Notes under the pieces: generated by a model
Database searches by the model: none
What the model saw: only the letters and a program-made list of their open reading frames with translations
Told to the model about the DNA's origin: nothing
Made by a program: the position numbers and the translations under genes
NCBI GenBank assembly: GCA_965649225.1
Contig: CBFGJX010000005.1
Span: 49,243-113,242 of the forward strand
From: a candidate division WOR-3 bacterium
Lineage (GTDB): Bacteria > Hydrothermota > Tepidihabitantia > Tepidihabitantales > Tepidihabitantaceae
Direction of reading: 5' to 3'
Length of the DNA: 64,000 bases
Part shown: positions 1-10,284 of the stretch, one piece after another
Position numbering within the stretch: position 1 is the stretch's first letter
How the letters are laid out: the number at the start of each line of letters is the position of its first letter

Positions 1-363
1 GATGCGAATCGAGGCCGGCAGAGGGTTATCAGTCAAAGCCGAGATGAGTGTGGAGTCGGGGCCGAGGTCTGCGCGCAGCTCGTCCAGGGCAGCCTGTTTT
101 GAAACATAGCGGGCGGAGGCGACGCCGGCCAGCGTTTCGATTCGAGCACGCACCAGTTCCGGGTCGGCATCGTCGGCCAGAAAGGCGTAAACCTCAACCC
201 GACGCCCAGCCCACCGGGCCAGCGTGATGACATTGGCAGTGACAGCTATGAAGATCGACAACAGTGTCAGGCAGATCGCCAGCACCGCAGTGGAAAGAAA
301 GAATCCGCCCCGACGACGGCTGATGCCTCGCCAGGTTTCGGCGATAATGTGCTCAGCTCTCAT
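1..363 (-). CDS. ftsX: Cell division permease FtsX (5' part, runs off window start)
   Basis: Manual translation from ATG 363: [41 protein letters not shown]...YVSKQAALDEL...NPLPASIRI. Has a TM helix plus YVSK..AL and NPLP motifs; overlaps ftsE end. Confidence 0.9.
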   Translation of the reverse strand, partial: MRAEHIIAETWRGISRRRGGFFLSTAVLAICLTLLSIFIAVTANVITLARWAGRRVEVYAFLADDADPELVRARIETLAGVASARYVSKQAALDELRADLGPDSTLISALTDNPLPASIRI

Positions 364-1066
364 CGCTGACAATCCTCCCGGCATCGAGAGTTACCCGTCG
401 CCGTCTGGTACTGGCGGCAAGGTCGGCGTCGTGGGTGGCCATGATTACGGTTGCCCCGGCGTAGTTGATGTCCTTGAGGATGTTGAGGATGTCGGCAGAA
501 GCGCGGGGGTCGATGTTACCGGTCGGCTCGTCGGCCAGAACCAGCTCTGGTTCCTTCACGAGCGCACGGGCGATGGAAGTTTTCTGCTGTTCACCACCCG
601 AGAGCTGGGCCGGGAAAGAGTCTTTCTTGTGAATGAGCCCAAGCCGGTTCAGAGTGTCGTTGATTCGGGACGGAATGACATCCGGACTGGTGCCGATGAC
701 CCGGAGAACAAATTCAAGGTTTTCATATACCGTTCGGTCCGGCAGCAGTTTGAAGTCCTGAAAGATGATGCCGATCCGACGGCGCAGTTCCGGCAGCAGC
801 CGATCCGGCATTGTCCCGAGATTGTAACCCAAAACCCGGATTGTGCCGTCGTCGGCAAGGTCCTGGCGGTAGAGCAGGCGGAGCAGAGTGGTCTTGCCGG
901 CTCCGGTCGCCCCGAGTACGAAGACAAAATCACCCTTGTCGATCCGGAGGTCGATTTCTGTCAGTGCCGGCCAGCCGTTGTAAAGTCGCGAGACTCGTTC
1001 CAGCTCAACCGCAAAGGGCGATTCGGGGTTGCCGTAAGCACGCTGGCGGTCATCGATTGGTGCCAT
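353..1066 (-). CDS. ftsE: Cell division ATP-binding protein FtsE
   Basis: Walker [35 protein letters not shown]; directly upstream of ftsX. Confidence 0.92.
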   Translation of the reverse strand: MAPIDDRQRAYGNPESPFAVELERVSRLYNGWPALTEIDLRIDKGDFVFVLGATGAGKTTLLRLLYRQDLADDGTIRVLGYNLGTMPDRLLPELRRRIGIIFQDFKLLPDRTVYENLEFVLRVIGTSPDVIPSRINDTLNRLGLIHKKDSFPAQLSGGEQQKTSIARALVKEPELVLADEPTGNIDPRASADILNILKDINYAGATVIMATHDADLAASTRRRRVTLDAGRIVSDES

Positions 1067-1067
1067 A

Positions 1068-1727
1068 TCAAGACAGGTAAAGTTTGAGAATCTGGTGACA
1101 GGCTTTGACGGCGTCGAGCGGGCCGATTTTCTTGCCCGTGCGACGCGCCCGGTAGCTGATCGGCACTTCGACGATGCGGCGCCGATGCCGCAGCAGTTTG
1201 GCGGCTATTTCCGGCTCGATTTCAAAACCATTTGCGGTCAGGTTCAGCCGGGCAAACAAGGGCAGGCGGACTGCCTTGTAACAAGTTTCCATGTCGGTGA
1301 GACAGCCTCCAAAAAGAAGGTCGGTGATGAAGGTCAGAAAGTAGTTGGCAAGCCGGCTGGCAAAGAGGAAGCTGCCGTGACCGCGGACGCGGGAGCCAAA
1401 CACTGCGTCGACGCCGCTTTGGGCGAATGGCCGCAACAGCTTCTCCCAATCGGCTGGGTCGTATTCCAGATCCGCGTCCTGGATGATGGCAACGTCGCCG
1501 CAGGCGGCGGCAAGGGCAGTTCTGATGGCGGCACCCTTGCCCCGGTTGGTTTCGTGACAGATCAGACGGATACCGTCGGTCCGGCGCAGGATGTCGCGGG
1601 TGCCGTCACTTGAACAGTCATCGACCACGATAATCTCTTTTTCGACCGGCACCGACTTGACACGCCCCAGGACCGTAGCGATCGATTGTGCCTCGTTGTA
1701 GGCAGGAATCAGTACACTGAGTTTCAT
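1068..1727 (-). CDS. GT2 glycosyltransferase, polyprenol-phosphate sugar synthase-like (DPM1/ArnC-like, no TM tail)
   Basis: LSVLIPAYNE, VVDDCSSDGT, NRGKGAA, IQDADLEYDP, TDMETCYK, FEIEPEI. Confidence 0.9.
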   Translation of the reverse strand: MKLSVLIPAYNEAQSIATVLGRVKSVPVEKEIIVVDDCSSDGTRDILRRTDGIRLICHETNRGKGAAIRTALAAACGDVAIIQDADLEYDPADWEKLLRPFAQSGVDAVFGSRVRGHGSFLFASRLANYFLTFITDLLFGGCLTDMETCYKAVRLPLFARLNLTANGFEIEPEIAAKLLRHRRRIVEVPISYRARRTGKKIGPLDAVKACHQILKLYLS

Positions 1728-2614
1728 CTGAACGCAGCTGGAGCGGGTTCAGGGGTGTCACAGGGTGAGCAGCTCAGCGCCGCCAGACAACGCGTCACGG
1801 CAATACCCAGTTCGATGTCGGCGATGGGAATGTGATGATGATGGCAGGCAAGGGCGAAGTCACGGCAGAGCGCTGTCAGTGGCGGCACGCCGGAAACAGC
1901 CGTTTCGTCAAAGACCTGGCGGGTCAGGCGGGAGGCGATTTCGACTCGGCGCTGGACCGGGGTTTCCGACCAGGCAAGCTGTCCAGAACAGACTGAACCG
2001 TCTGCGAAACGAGCCTGCCAGTTGAAAGCAGTCCGGGCTTGAGGGTCGCAGTCGATTTTGCCCGACAGTTCGAGCGGTTCGCCAAAGAGTGCGATCATCA
2101 GCGCAAGGTCGTGGGAGCCGAGGTCAAAGAGGAGGTCGTCCAGGGTGGTCAGTTCCGGCCGGCCACGCGATGTGCGTCTGAATCGGGCTTGAAAAGGACC
2201 GGATCCGGCGGCAAGAAACTTCCGCATCAGAACAAAATTAGAGTGGTACAACGGCGTATAGGCAACTGCGATTGTCTTTCGTTGTCTTCTTGCGGTGGTG
2301 GCGACGAGTTCGGCGTCACTGCAACTGCGAGCGAGTGGTTTTTCAATCAAGACGTGGCGGTGAGCATTGAGGACTTGCAGGGCAAGCGGTACGTGGAGCT
2401 CGTCGGGCACTGCCAGAATCACTGCCTCGATCATCGGATTGTCGAGCATTTCGTCGACTGAAGCGTAGCGAACCGTGTCAGGCGGCACAGCCGCGGGGCG
2501 GGGATCGGTTACCGCAACCAGCCGGCAGTCGGTCAGCGAAGCGAGGGTGTCAAGATAGTTGCGTCCCCAGCGGCCGGCGCCGACAAGACCAATGCCGACG
2601 GGTTGGTCGTTCAT
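1724..2614 (-). CDS. Gfo/Idh/MocA family NAD(P)-dependent oxidoreductase
   Basis: GLVGAGRWG, HVLIEKPLA, DLGSHDL. Confidence 0.88.
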   Translation of the reverse strand: MNDQPVGIGLVGAGRWGRNYLDTLASLTDCRLVAVTDPRPAAVPPDTVRYASVDEMLDNPMIEAVILAVPDELHVPLALQVLNAHRHVLIEKPLARSCSDAELVATTARRQRKTIAVAYTPLYHSNFVLMRKFLAAGSGPFQARFRRTSRGRPELTTLDDLLFDLGSHDLALMIALFGEPLELSGKIDCDPQARTAFNWQARFADGSVCSGQLAWSETPVQRRVEIASRLTRQVFDETAVSGVPPLTALCRDFALACHHHHIPIADIELGIAVTRCLAALSCSPCDTPEPAPAAFR

Positions 2615-3543
2615 AGCTGCTGGTGGCGAAACCAGTCGATGGTGTGGCGCAGGCCCGTCTCCAAATCGACACGGGGTTGCCAGCCAAGGAGCGTCCGGGC
2701 GCGCCTGATATCCGGCCGTCGTCGTCTGGGATCGTCTTCGGGGAGCGGTTTGAACTCCAGCGGGCTCTTGGAATCAGTGAGTTTTTTGACCAATCGGGCG
2801 AACTGAAGGATTGTGAACTCACGCGGATTGCCGAGATTTATCGGCGCGGCGTCGCCCGATGCGGCCAGGCGCAGAAGACCATCGACCAAGTCCGAACAAT
2901 AGCAGAAACTTCGGGTCTGGCGGCCGGTACCGTAGATTGTCAGCGGCTGTCCGCTCAGCGCCTGGTGAATGAGGTTGGGAACGACACGGCCGTCATCCAG
3001 CTTCATCCTGGGGCCATAGGTGTTGAAGATACGGGCGATTCGTACCGACAGCCCCCACCGGCGGTGCCAGGCTGCAGTCTGGGCCTCAGCGAACCGTTTG
3101 GCTTCGTCGTAGGCTGAGCGCACGCCGACAGGATTGACATTACCCCAGTAGTCCTCAGTCTGAGGGTGGCGGTCCGGGTCGCCGTAAATCTCGGAAGTCG
3201 AAGCGAGCACAAAAACCGCCCGACGACGAAGGCTGAGCTCCAGCAGGTTGCGAGTTCCGATGCCCCCGGCATCGAGTGTTTCGATCGGCATGCTGAGGTA
3301 GTCGCGGGGAGAAGCCGGAGAAGCGAGATGAAACACCACGTCAATACGTCCCTTTACCTGCAGCGGTTCGGTGATGTCAGCATGTTGAAAAGCGAAGCCG
3401 CGTTGCGACAGCAGGTGAGCGATGTTGCGGCGCGAGCCGGTGATCAGACTGTCAACACAGATGACCTCAAAGCCGTGTTTGAGCAGCAGGTCACAGAGGT
3501 GCGATCCGATAAAGCCGGCGCCCCCTGCGACCAGTGCTCTCAC
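2611..3543 (-). CDS. UDP-glucuronate decarboxylase (UDP-xylose synthase-like SDR)
   Basis: GGAGFIGSHL, HLASPASP, ASTSEIYGDP, YDEAKR, IARIFNTYGPRM, DDPRRRRPDI. Confidence 0.93.
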   Translation of the reverse strand: MRALVAGGAGFIGSHLCDLLLKHGFEVICVDSLITGSRRNIAHLLSQRGFAFQHADITEPLQVKGRIDVVFHLASPASPRDYLSMPIETLDAGGIGTRNLLELSLRRRAVFVLASTSEIYGDPDRHPQTEDYWGNVNPVGVRSAYDEAKRFAEAQTAAWHRRWGLSVRIARIFNTYGPRMKLDDGRVVPNLIHQALSGQPLTIYGTGRQTRSFCYCSDLVDGLLRLAASGDAAPINLGNPREFTILQFARLVKKLTDSKSPLEFKPLPEDDPRRRRPDIRRARTLLGWQPRVDLETGLRHTIDWFRHQQL

Positions 3544-4829
3544 CGACCGACCCCGATGTAAGTGAAGCCGTGTTTCTCGGCTTCACTTCGTTCAAAGAGG
3601 TTGCGGCCGTCGCAGATGATTGGCAGGCGCATTCGCGCCTTGATCCGGGCCAGGTCGAGCTGGCGAAACTCCGGCCACTCGGTCAGGACGGCCAGCAGGT
3701 CAGCCTCGTCAGCGACTTCTTCGGCAGTCGAACAGAACTCGATGCCGGGAATTATGCGCCGGGCGCGGTCCATCGCCTGCGGGTCGTAGGCACGGACACA
3801 GGCGCCTTCAGCTACCAGTGCCCCAATGATGTCGATTGATGGGGCGAAACGCATGTCATCGGTGTTGGGCTTGAACGCAAGACCCAGCACGCCGATTCTC
3901 TTGCCGCGGAGATTCCAGAGGACGTTCTGGATCTTGCGGACGAACCGGCGTTTGGCGTCTTCGTTGATGGCTTCAACCTCACGGAGCAGGCGGAAGTCAT
4001 AGCCAAGTTCTTCAGCAATGCGGATGAAGGCACGGAGGTCTTTGGGGAAACAGAAGCCACCATAGCCGACTCCGGCCTCAAGAAATGCCGGCCCGATGCG
4101 TCGGTCCATCCCCATGCCCGCAGTCACCTGGCGGATGTCGGCCCCCGACGCCTCGCAGATTACGGAAAGGGCGTTGGCGAAAGATATCTTCATCGCCAGA
4201 AAGGCATTCGATGCGTGCTTGATGAGTTCGGCCGAGGCAAGGTCAGTGACCACCTTGGGGGCGTCAATCGGCGCATAGATTTCGAGCATCAACTCACGGG
4301 CACGGTCAGATTCCACCCCGATGACGATCCGGTCGGGCCGGAGGAAATCATCCACTGCCGATCCCTCGCGCAGGAATTCAGGATTCGAGGCAACGTCGAA
4401 CGGTGTCCGGCCGCGGTTGTAGCGTTCCAGCGTACGGCGTACCCATTTGCCGGTCTGGACCGGGACGGTTGACTTTTCTACCACCAGATGGTAGGCACCT
4501 GCGTTTTCAGCTATGTCGCGGGCCACTTTTTCGACCGCGGTAAGATCCGGTTCACCGGTGTCGCGAGGCGGTGTGCCGACGGCAATGAAACAGGCGAGGG
4601 TGTCACGAACTGCTGAGCCGATGTCAGTTGTGAAACGCAGTCTGCCCGCAGCGACAGTCTCGCGGATAATTTCCTGCAAGCCCGGCTCGTAAATTGGTAT
4701 TCCGCCGGACTGAAGGACAGAAATCTTTTCGGAATCGCTGTCAACGCAGGTGACATCGTGGCCGATTTTGGCCAGACAGGCGCCGGAGGTAAGTCCGACA
4801 TAGCCGGTACCGATCATCGTGATTTTCAT
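3540..4829 (-). CDS. ugd: UDP-glucose 6-dehydrogenase
   Basis: IGTGYVGL, KSTVPV, SNPEFLREG, GYGGFCFPKD, GLAFKPNTDDMR. Confidence 0.95.
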   Translation of the reverse strand: MKITMIGTGYVGLTSGACLAKIGHDVTCVDSDSEKISVLQSGGIPIYEPGLQEIIRETVAAGRLRFTTDIGSAVRDTLACFIAVGTPPRDTGEPDLTAVEKVARDIAENAGAYHLVVEKSTVPVQTGKWVRRTLERYNRGRTPFDVASNPEFLREGSAVDDFLRPDRIVIGVESDRARELMLEIYAPIDAPKVVTDLASAELIKHASNAFLAMKISFANALSVICEASGADIRQVTAGMGMDRRIGPAFLEAGVGYGGFCFPKDLRAFIRIAEELGYDFRLLREVEAINEDAKRRFVRKIQNVLWNLRGKRIGVLGLAFKPNTDDMRFAPSIDIIGALVAEGACVRAYDPQAMDRARRIIPGIEFCSTAEEVADEADLLAVLTEWPEFRQLDLARIKARMRLPIICDGRNLFERSEAEKHGFTYIGVGR

Positions 4830-4864
4830 CGGGGCAACTATATTTGCGCCCTGAGCCGAGTCAA
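4830..4864 (-). promoter_or_regulatory. sigma70-type promoter, probably leaderless ugd operon
   Basis: Minus strand TTGACT(4864-4859)-N16-TATAGT(4842-4837)-N7-ATG; no SD. Confidence 0.7.
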
Positions 4865-4888
4865 GGAATTGGGGTGATGATGATGTCC

Positions 4889-7498
4889 TCAGCGGCGATT
4901 GGAATCGGGCTGCTGAACTTCAGCCTGCAGTTTGGCGAGCAGGTTGAGGGCTTCAAGCGGCGTAAATTCTTCGAGCCGTAGCTCCCGCAATCGATCGACA
5001 ACCGGGTGTGTGGATGGTCGGTCAGCGGCAAGCGGCAGTGGCAGCTCCGATTGTGGGTCTGGCGGCACGGCGGGAGCGCGGCGGTCGGTGCCGAGTGTTG
5101 CCAGTACAGCCCGGGCACGCTCGACGACCGGTCTGGGCAGCCCGGCAAGCCGGGCGACGGTGATGCCGTAGCTTTTGTCGGCAATGCCCGGCCGCAGCCG
5201 GCGCAGGAAAACCACCCGGTCACCGTGTTCGTGGACGGTGAAACAGTAGTTGGCAATGCGCGGCAGTTCGGTGGCAATGGTGCAAAGTTCGTGGTAGTGG
5301 GTGGCGAAAAGAGTCTTGGGACGGGGTGTGCGGCCACCGGTGATTGCGCCGTGGAGATACTCGACGACGGCCCAGGCGATTGCCAGCCCGTCGGCGGCAG
5401 CGGTGCCGCGGCCGACTTCGTCGAGAATAACCAGGCTGCGGTCGGTTGCGTTGTTGAGGATGTTGGCGGTTTCCGTCATTTCGGCGAGAAACGTGGAGAC
5501 GCCGCGGGCCAGGTCGTCAGAAGCGCCAATGCGGGTGAAGACTTTGTCGATGATGCCGATCCGTGCCTGTCGGGCCGGGACAAAAGACCCTGCCTGGGCC
5601 ATGATTGCGATAAGGGCAACCTGACGCAGGTAGGTCGATTTGCCGGCCATGTTGGGTCCGGTGATCAGGACTATCTGGGTTTGATCGGGGTCGAGGTCAG
5701 TGTCGTTGGCAATGAAGTCATCCGTGAGCATGGTTTCGACGACCGGGTGGCGGCCACCGATTATTTCGAGCCGGCAGGAGTCATCCAGCCGGGGGCGGAC
5801 GTAGCCGCGTTCCCGCGCCACCTCGGCCAGTGCCGTCAGGACATCCAGTTCGGCAAGCAGCCGGGCGAGAGCAGCGATACTGCCGGCTGCTTTGGCACAG
5901 CGCCGGCGCAAAGCCGAAAACAGTTCCAGTTCCAGGGCGCGGGCGCGTTCTTCGGCGCCGAGGACGCGGGTCTCGTATTCTTTCAACTCGGGGGTCACAA
6001 ACCGTTCAGCGCCGGCAACCGTTTGACGGCGGACATAGTCGGCCGGGATGCGGGCGAGAAAGGATTTGGTGACTTCGATGTAATAGCCGAAGACCGAGTT
6101 GTAACGGACACGCAGATTCGGTATGCCGGTGCGCTGGCGTTCAGATTCCTGCAGGCGGGCAATCCACTCGCGGCCACCGGAGGCCAGCGAACGCAGTTCG
6201 TCGAGCTCGGCGCTGGCACCGGGACGGATTACACCTCCATCACTGGCTGAAGCCGGCGGGTCATCGGCGATCGTGCTGGAAATGTCGGCGATAAGTTCGG
6301 GGAAGTCGACAATTCCAGCGCGAATGTCAGCCAGCAGTGCAGCCCGAGCTTCCTGCAGCGCTTCACGGATTGCCGGTGTCATCCGGAGGGCACTCGCGGC
6401 CGCAACCAGCTCGCGGGGCGACGCGCGCTCCAGAGCAATGCGGGATGCAAGTCGTTCGAGGTCGCCGGTGCGGCTCAGGTTGTCGCGCAGCCGCTGGGTT
6501 GAGCCGGATAGCAGTTCCTCGACCGCGTCGTGCCTTCGGGTGATTGCTTCAAGTGTTGTCAGCGGCGCGGTCAGCCAGCGTCGGAGCAGCCGGGCGCCCG
6601 CGGGTGTGACAGTCCGGTCGAGTACGCCCAGTAGGGTGGCTTCCGGGCCGGACTTGCGCTCGTCGGTGTGTATCCGTTCGACCAGTTCCAGATTCCGACG
6701 GGTGGCACGGTCAATCATCATCAAGCCGGACGGCAGCCACGGTGCCAGACGGCTGATATGTTCAAGACCGGCGCGCTGAGTCTCCTCCAGGTAGTGAAAG
6801 ACAGCTCCGGCAGCGCAGATTCCTTCGACGAGTTCGCCGACCCCGAAGCCGTCCAGTGAGGCGGTTCCGAAGTGCCGGGCGAGAGCCTCGAAAGCGTAGT
6901 CCTGGGTGAAGTAGTAGGGATCGAGGTGAGTGACGGCGACCGGGTCCAGCCCCGGCGGCGGAGTGGTTTCCTGCGGCAGCAGCAGCTCGCGGGGGCCGAT
7001 GCGGCCCAGTTCGTCAGCCAGTTCGGTGCCGGCGAATTCGGCGACAAAAAACTCGCCGGTCGAGACGTCGGCAAAAGCACAGCCCCAGCGGTCACCCGCC
7101 GGTGAAAGTGCACACAGAAAGTTGTTGCACCGGGCATCGAGCAGGTCGGAAGCAGTCAGGGTGCCGGGGGTGATGACCTCAACCACGTCCCGGTTGACCA
7201 CCGGTTTACCCGGGGTCGGGGATTCAAGCTGGTCGCACACCGCAACCCGGAAACCCTGTTCGACCAGCCGGGCAACATAACTGTCAACCGCACGAGCTGG
7301 GATGCCGGCCAGTGGCACCCGGTTGTGAGGACCGTGGGGTCGTGATGTCAGGGTCAGTCCGAGAGCTTTGGCGCCGATGGCGGCATCTTCATAGAACATT
7401 TCGTAGAAGTCGCCGACCCGAAAGAGTAACAGCGTGTCGCGGTACCGTTCCTTGATGCGACGGTACTGAGCCAGCAGTGGCGTCAGAGTTCCGGGCAA
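4889..7498 (-). CDS. mutS: DNA mismatch repair protein MutS
   Basis: LFRVGDFYEMF, ITGPNMAGKSTYLRQ, STFLAEMTE, LDEVGRGT, FATHYHEL. Confidence 0.97.
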   Translation of the reverse strand: MPGTLTPLLAQYRRIKERYRDTLLLFRVGDFYEMFYEDAAIGAKALGLTLTSRPHGPHNRVPLAGIPARAVDSYVARLVEQGFRVAVCDQLESPTPGKPVVNRDVVEVITPGTLTASDLLDARCNNFLCALSPAGDRWGCAFADVSTGEFFVAEFAGTELADELGRIGPRELLLPQETTPPPGLDPVAVTHLDPYYFTQDYAFEALARHFGTASLDGFGVGELVEGICAAGAVFHYLEETQRAGLEHISRLAPWLPSGLMMIDRATRRNLELVERIHTDERKSGPEATLLGVLDRTVTPAGARLLRRWLTAPLTTLEAITRRHDAVEELLSGSTQRLRDNLSRTGDLERLASRIALERASPRELVAAASALRMTPAIREALQEARAALLADIRAGIVDFPELIADISSTIADDPPASASDGGVIRPGASAELDELRSLASGGREWIARLQESERQRTGIPNLRVRYNSVFGYYIEVTKSFLARIPADYVRRQTVAGAERFVTPELKEYETRVLGAEERARALELELFSALRRRCAKAAGSIAALARLLAELDVLTALAEVARERGYVRPRLDDSCRLEIIGGRHPVVETMLTDDFIANDTDLDPDQTQIVLITGPNMAGKSTYLRQVALIAIMAQAGSFVPARQARIGIIDKVFTRIGASDDLARGVSTFLAEMTETANILNNATDRSLVILDEVGRGTAAADGLAIAWAVVEYLHGAITGGRTPRPKTLFATHYHELCTIATELPRIANYCFTVHEHGDRVVFLRRLRPGIADKSYGITVARLAGLPRPVVERARAVLATLGTDRRAPAVPPDPQSELPLPLAADRPSTHPVVDRLRELRLEEFTPLEALNLLAKLQAEVQQPDSNRR

Positions 7499-7504
7499 AT
7501 CAGC

Positions 7505-8530
7505 TCAGTCTGTCGGCGCGGACTGGAGTTGAGCAATTGCCGCTTCGAGCAGATTGCGGGCGCGCGGGTCATTCTGCTCGGTGCGTACCAGCGCCAGCAT
7601 CAGTATCGGCAGCGGGTCGCGGCTGCCGGCCAGTGGTTCGAGCAGCCGGGCGGCGGTTGCCAGCTCGCCCTTCTTGCGATAGATGCCGGCAAGTGTCACC
7701 GCAATGTCGGTGTTGTTGGGCAGTCGCCGCAGCAGTTGTTCATACAGGGTGATGATATCTTCGTAGCGTCCGCTGTCGAAGTAGGCACGTTCCAGCCGGC
7801 TGCGAACCGCGGCGTTACGCTCCGGTGCGGCTTCGATGACTTTGGTCCAGGTTCGGATTGCCGCTTCGGTGTTGCCCGATTCGAGTTCCAGATCGCCCAG
7901 TGCGATCCGGGCTTCGATCAACGACGGGTCGAGCCGCAGGGCTTCTTCAAGGGCAGCCCGGGCAGCCGACGGTTCGCCGGCCCGGGCCCGGCCGATTTTC
8001 AGCAGCAGCCGTGCCGCGCGAGCGTGATGTTGCGGGTGGCGGCGGAACTCGCGCAGAATTGCCTCGCATTTGTCCCAGGAAGCGGTTTCGACATAGAGTT
8101 CAGCGAGCTGTTCGCGACACTCCCAGTCGTTGCGGTCAACCCGCGCCAGTTCCTCGAGCATGGCCAGTGCTTTGACCCGGCGGCCGATTCGGAGGTAGTC
8201 ACGGGCCAGAGCCGAGAAGACACGGCGTTCGTCTTCCGGTTTGAGATTGCGGCGCAGGGCGAGACTCTCATGCAGGCGCAGTCCTCGTTCGGTATCGCCG
8301 CGGGCGAAGTAGATGTCACCGAGGCGGATATAGGCGTCGACGTTGTCGGTGTCGGCTTCGACCGCTTCCTTCAAGGCTTTCAAGGCTGCGTCCGGTCGGC
8401 CGTCGAGCAGCAGCTGCAGGCCTTCGACGTATGCCGGCTGGCTGTGCCGGCGCTGGCGCAGAAAGTCGCGAATAATCGGGTAGAGGGCAACCGCCAGTAC
8501 TGCCAAAACGACCAAAACCAGCCAGGTCAC
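7505..8530 (-). CDS. LapB-like TPR protein (N-terminal TM, no C-terminal rubredoxin)
   Basis: N-terminal TM helix, YVEGLQLLL, AYIRLGDIYFARG...RLHESL TPR pattern; directly downstream of a LapA-like gene. Confidence 0.75.
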   Translation of the reverse strand: MTWLVLVVLAVLAVALYPIIRDFLRQRRHSQPAYVEGLQLLLDGRPDAALKALKEAVEADTDNVDAYIRLGDIYFARGDTERGLRLHESLALRRNLKPEDERRVFSALARDYLRIGRRVKALAMLEELARVDRNDWECREQLAELYVETASWDKCEAILREFRRHPQHHARAARLLLKIGRARAGEPSAARAALEEALRLDPSLIEARIALGDLELESGNTEAAIRTWTKVIEAAPERNAAVRSRLERAYFDSGRYEDIITLYEQLLRRLPNNTDIAVTLAGIYRKKGELATAARLLEPLAGSRDPLPILMLALVRTEQNDPRARNLLEAAIAQLQSAPTD

Positions 8531-8862
8531 ACTTCACCTCCGTTAGCCTGGGCCGGAGTGTCCGGCTTTTCGGAGTCATCGAGCGGAGCGTTGCGCAACG
8601 CACGCAGCTCTTCCAGCAGGGCTTCCATTTCGAGGCGCTGTCGGCGGAGGCGGGTGCGCAACTGGATTTCCGAAACCAGCGACAGGATTCCGATGCAGAG
8701 CGCGCCGAAGGCAAATGAGTACAGCATCACCAGCGCAACCGGGACGCCGTAGTAGATGCGGCCGAGCAGATTGACGTCAGCGTGGGCGCTGGTGTTGGAC
8801 CAGCCAATCACCGACAGGACGATGAATACCGCCAGGACCAGGATTATGCGAATGGTCAACAT
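8527..8862 (-). CDS. LapA family membrane protein
   Basis: Two TM helices, N...V.LL...PVALVML, coiled-coil tail; SD GAGGAGG. Confidence 0.8.
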   Translation of the reverse strand: MLTIRIILVLAVFIVLSVIGWSNTSAHADVNLLGRIYYGVPVALVMLYSFAFGALCIGILSLVSEIQLRTRLRRQRLEMEALLEELRALRNAPLDDSEKPDTPAQANGGEV

Positions 8863-8872
8863 GCTTGCCTCC

Positions 8873-10189
8873 TCATTGAAAAACGGCCGGCGCCGAGAGC
8901 GGCTCGGCTCTGGCTGTAGCGCCTTTGACGCTGGTGATCCGGCAGCTCAGAATGGTTCCAGGCGCGTGCCTGCCGGCGACGATCACGACCCGATTGCTGG
9001 TAGTGCGACCGAGCGAATCATCGCCGCGCGGACTCGGACCTTCAATCAGAATCTCGGCAGTCTTGCCGATCAGCTCGCGGGCGGTTTCGGCGGTGATGCG
9101 ATTCTGGACTTCGATCAGCCGGGCGAGCCGCCGGCCGGCGTCGGCCTCGGAAACCCGCGGTGTCATCGCGGCGGCAGCAGTACCGGGGCGGGCCGAAAAC
9201 CGGTACATGTATGCCGAGTCAAACCGGACCGCGCGAACAACGGCGAGGGTTTCGAGAAAATCGTCTTCTGTTTCCGAGGGGAAGCCAACGATGATATCGG
9301 TTGACAGCCCCAGTCCGGGAAGAAGCTGCCGGGCCCGGGTGATGATGTCAAGGTAGCTGCGGCGGGTATAGCCGCGATTCATCAACGACAGAATCCGGTC
9401 AGAGCCGGACTGGAGCGGCAGGTGCAGAAAAGGACAGACGTTGGGCAGCGCAGCCATCGTGCCAAGAATTCGTTCATTGACATCGCGCGGGTGGGATGTC
9501 AGAAAACGGATTCGGGCCGTGGGTGCCGTCGTGGCAACGGCAGTGAGCAGGTCGGCAAAGTCGCGCTCGGCCTCCTGCCAGGCCAGGACATTCTGGCCGA
9601 GGAGGGTGATGTCACGGACGCCGCGGGCGGTCAGCGTGCGCACTTCGGCGATAATCGAATCGGACGACCGCGAGCGGCCGCGCCCTTTGACCAGCGGAAC
9701 GATGCAGTAACTGCATCGGTTGTCGCAGCCGCGGATAACGGTCACGAACGCGGCCACCCCGTTGCCCGGTGGCGGCAGCAGGTCTTCGTAACATTCGCCG
9801 GTTGTCTCCAGGGCCAGAGCGTGACCGGCGCGGCGGGTCTGGGCGATGAGTTCGGGCAGGCGTCGGTAATTGTCGGGACCGACGACCAGGTCGACGCGGT
9901 GATTGCGAACGAGGTCAGCCCCAAGGCGCTGGGCCATGCAGCCGAGGACGCCGATGATTTTTCCGGGCCGGGCCGAACGCAGACTGCGCAGACCGGCGAT
10001 GCGGTTGAGTGCCCGTTGTTCGGCATGACTGCGGACCGAACAGGTCATTACCAGCATGACGTCGGCTTCGGCTTCGGATGAAGTCTCGGTCCAGCCGTTG
10101 TCAAGCATGATCCGACGGACGGTGTCCGATTCCTGCTGGTTCATCTGACAGCCGTACGTCTGAATGAAGAACTGAGCCACTGATGACAA
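8873..10189 (-). CDS. miaB: tRNA-2-methylthio-N6-dimethylallyladenosine synthase MiaB
   Basis: TYGCQMN, TCSVR, GCMAQ, CDNRCSYCIVP, HLPLQSGS, YSARPGT-like motif, TRAM tail; start may be GTG ~10180. Confidence 0.93.
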   Translation of the reverse strand: MSSVAQFFIQTYGCQMNQQESDTVRRIMLDNGWTETSSEAEADVMLVMTCSVRSHAEQRALNRIAGLRSLRSARPGKIIGVLGCMAQRLGADLVRNHRVDLVVGPDNYRRLPELIAQTRRAGHALALETTGECYEDLLPPPGNGVAAFVTVIRGCDNRCSYCIVPLVKGRGRSRSSDSIIAEVRTLTARGVRDITLLGQNVLAWQEAERDFADLLTAVATTAPTARIRFLTSHPRDVNERILGTMAALPNVCPFLHLPLQSGSDRILSLMNRGYTRRSYLDIITRARQLLPGLGLSTDIIVGFPSETEDDFLETLAVVRAVRFDSAYMYRFSARPGTAAAAMTPRVSEADAGRRLARLIEVQNRITAETARELIGKTAEILIEGPSPRGDDSLGRTTSNRVVIVAGRHAPGTILSCRITSVKGATARAEPLSAPAVFQ

Positions 10190-10190
10190 G

Positions 10191-10271
10191 ATTCTAACCG
10201 GCGGGCGGCATTGTCAAGGCTGCCCTGAAACCGCTGCCGGTGTTTGACTTGACGCCGGCGGACAATATCAT
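10191..10271. promoter_or_regulatory. Divergent promoters for miaB and pdp
   Basis: Minus TTGACA(10217-10212)-N15-TAGAAT(10196-10191); plus TTGACT(10244-10249)-N16-TATCAT(10266-10271). Confidence 0.6.
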
Positions 10272-10284
10272 TCGCCATCCACCG

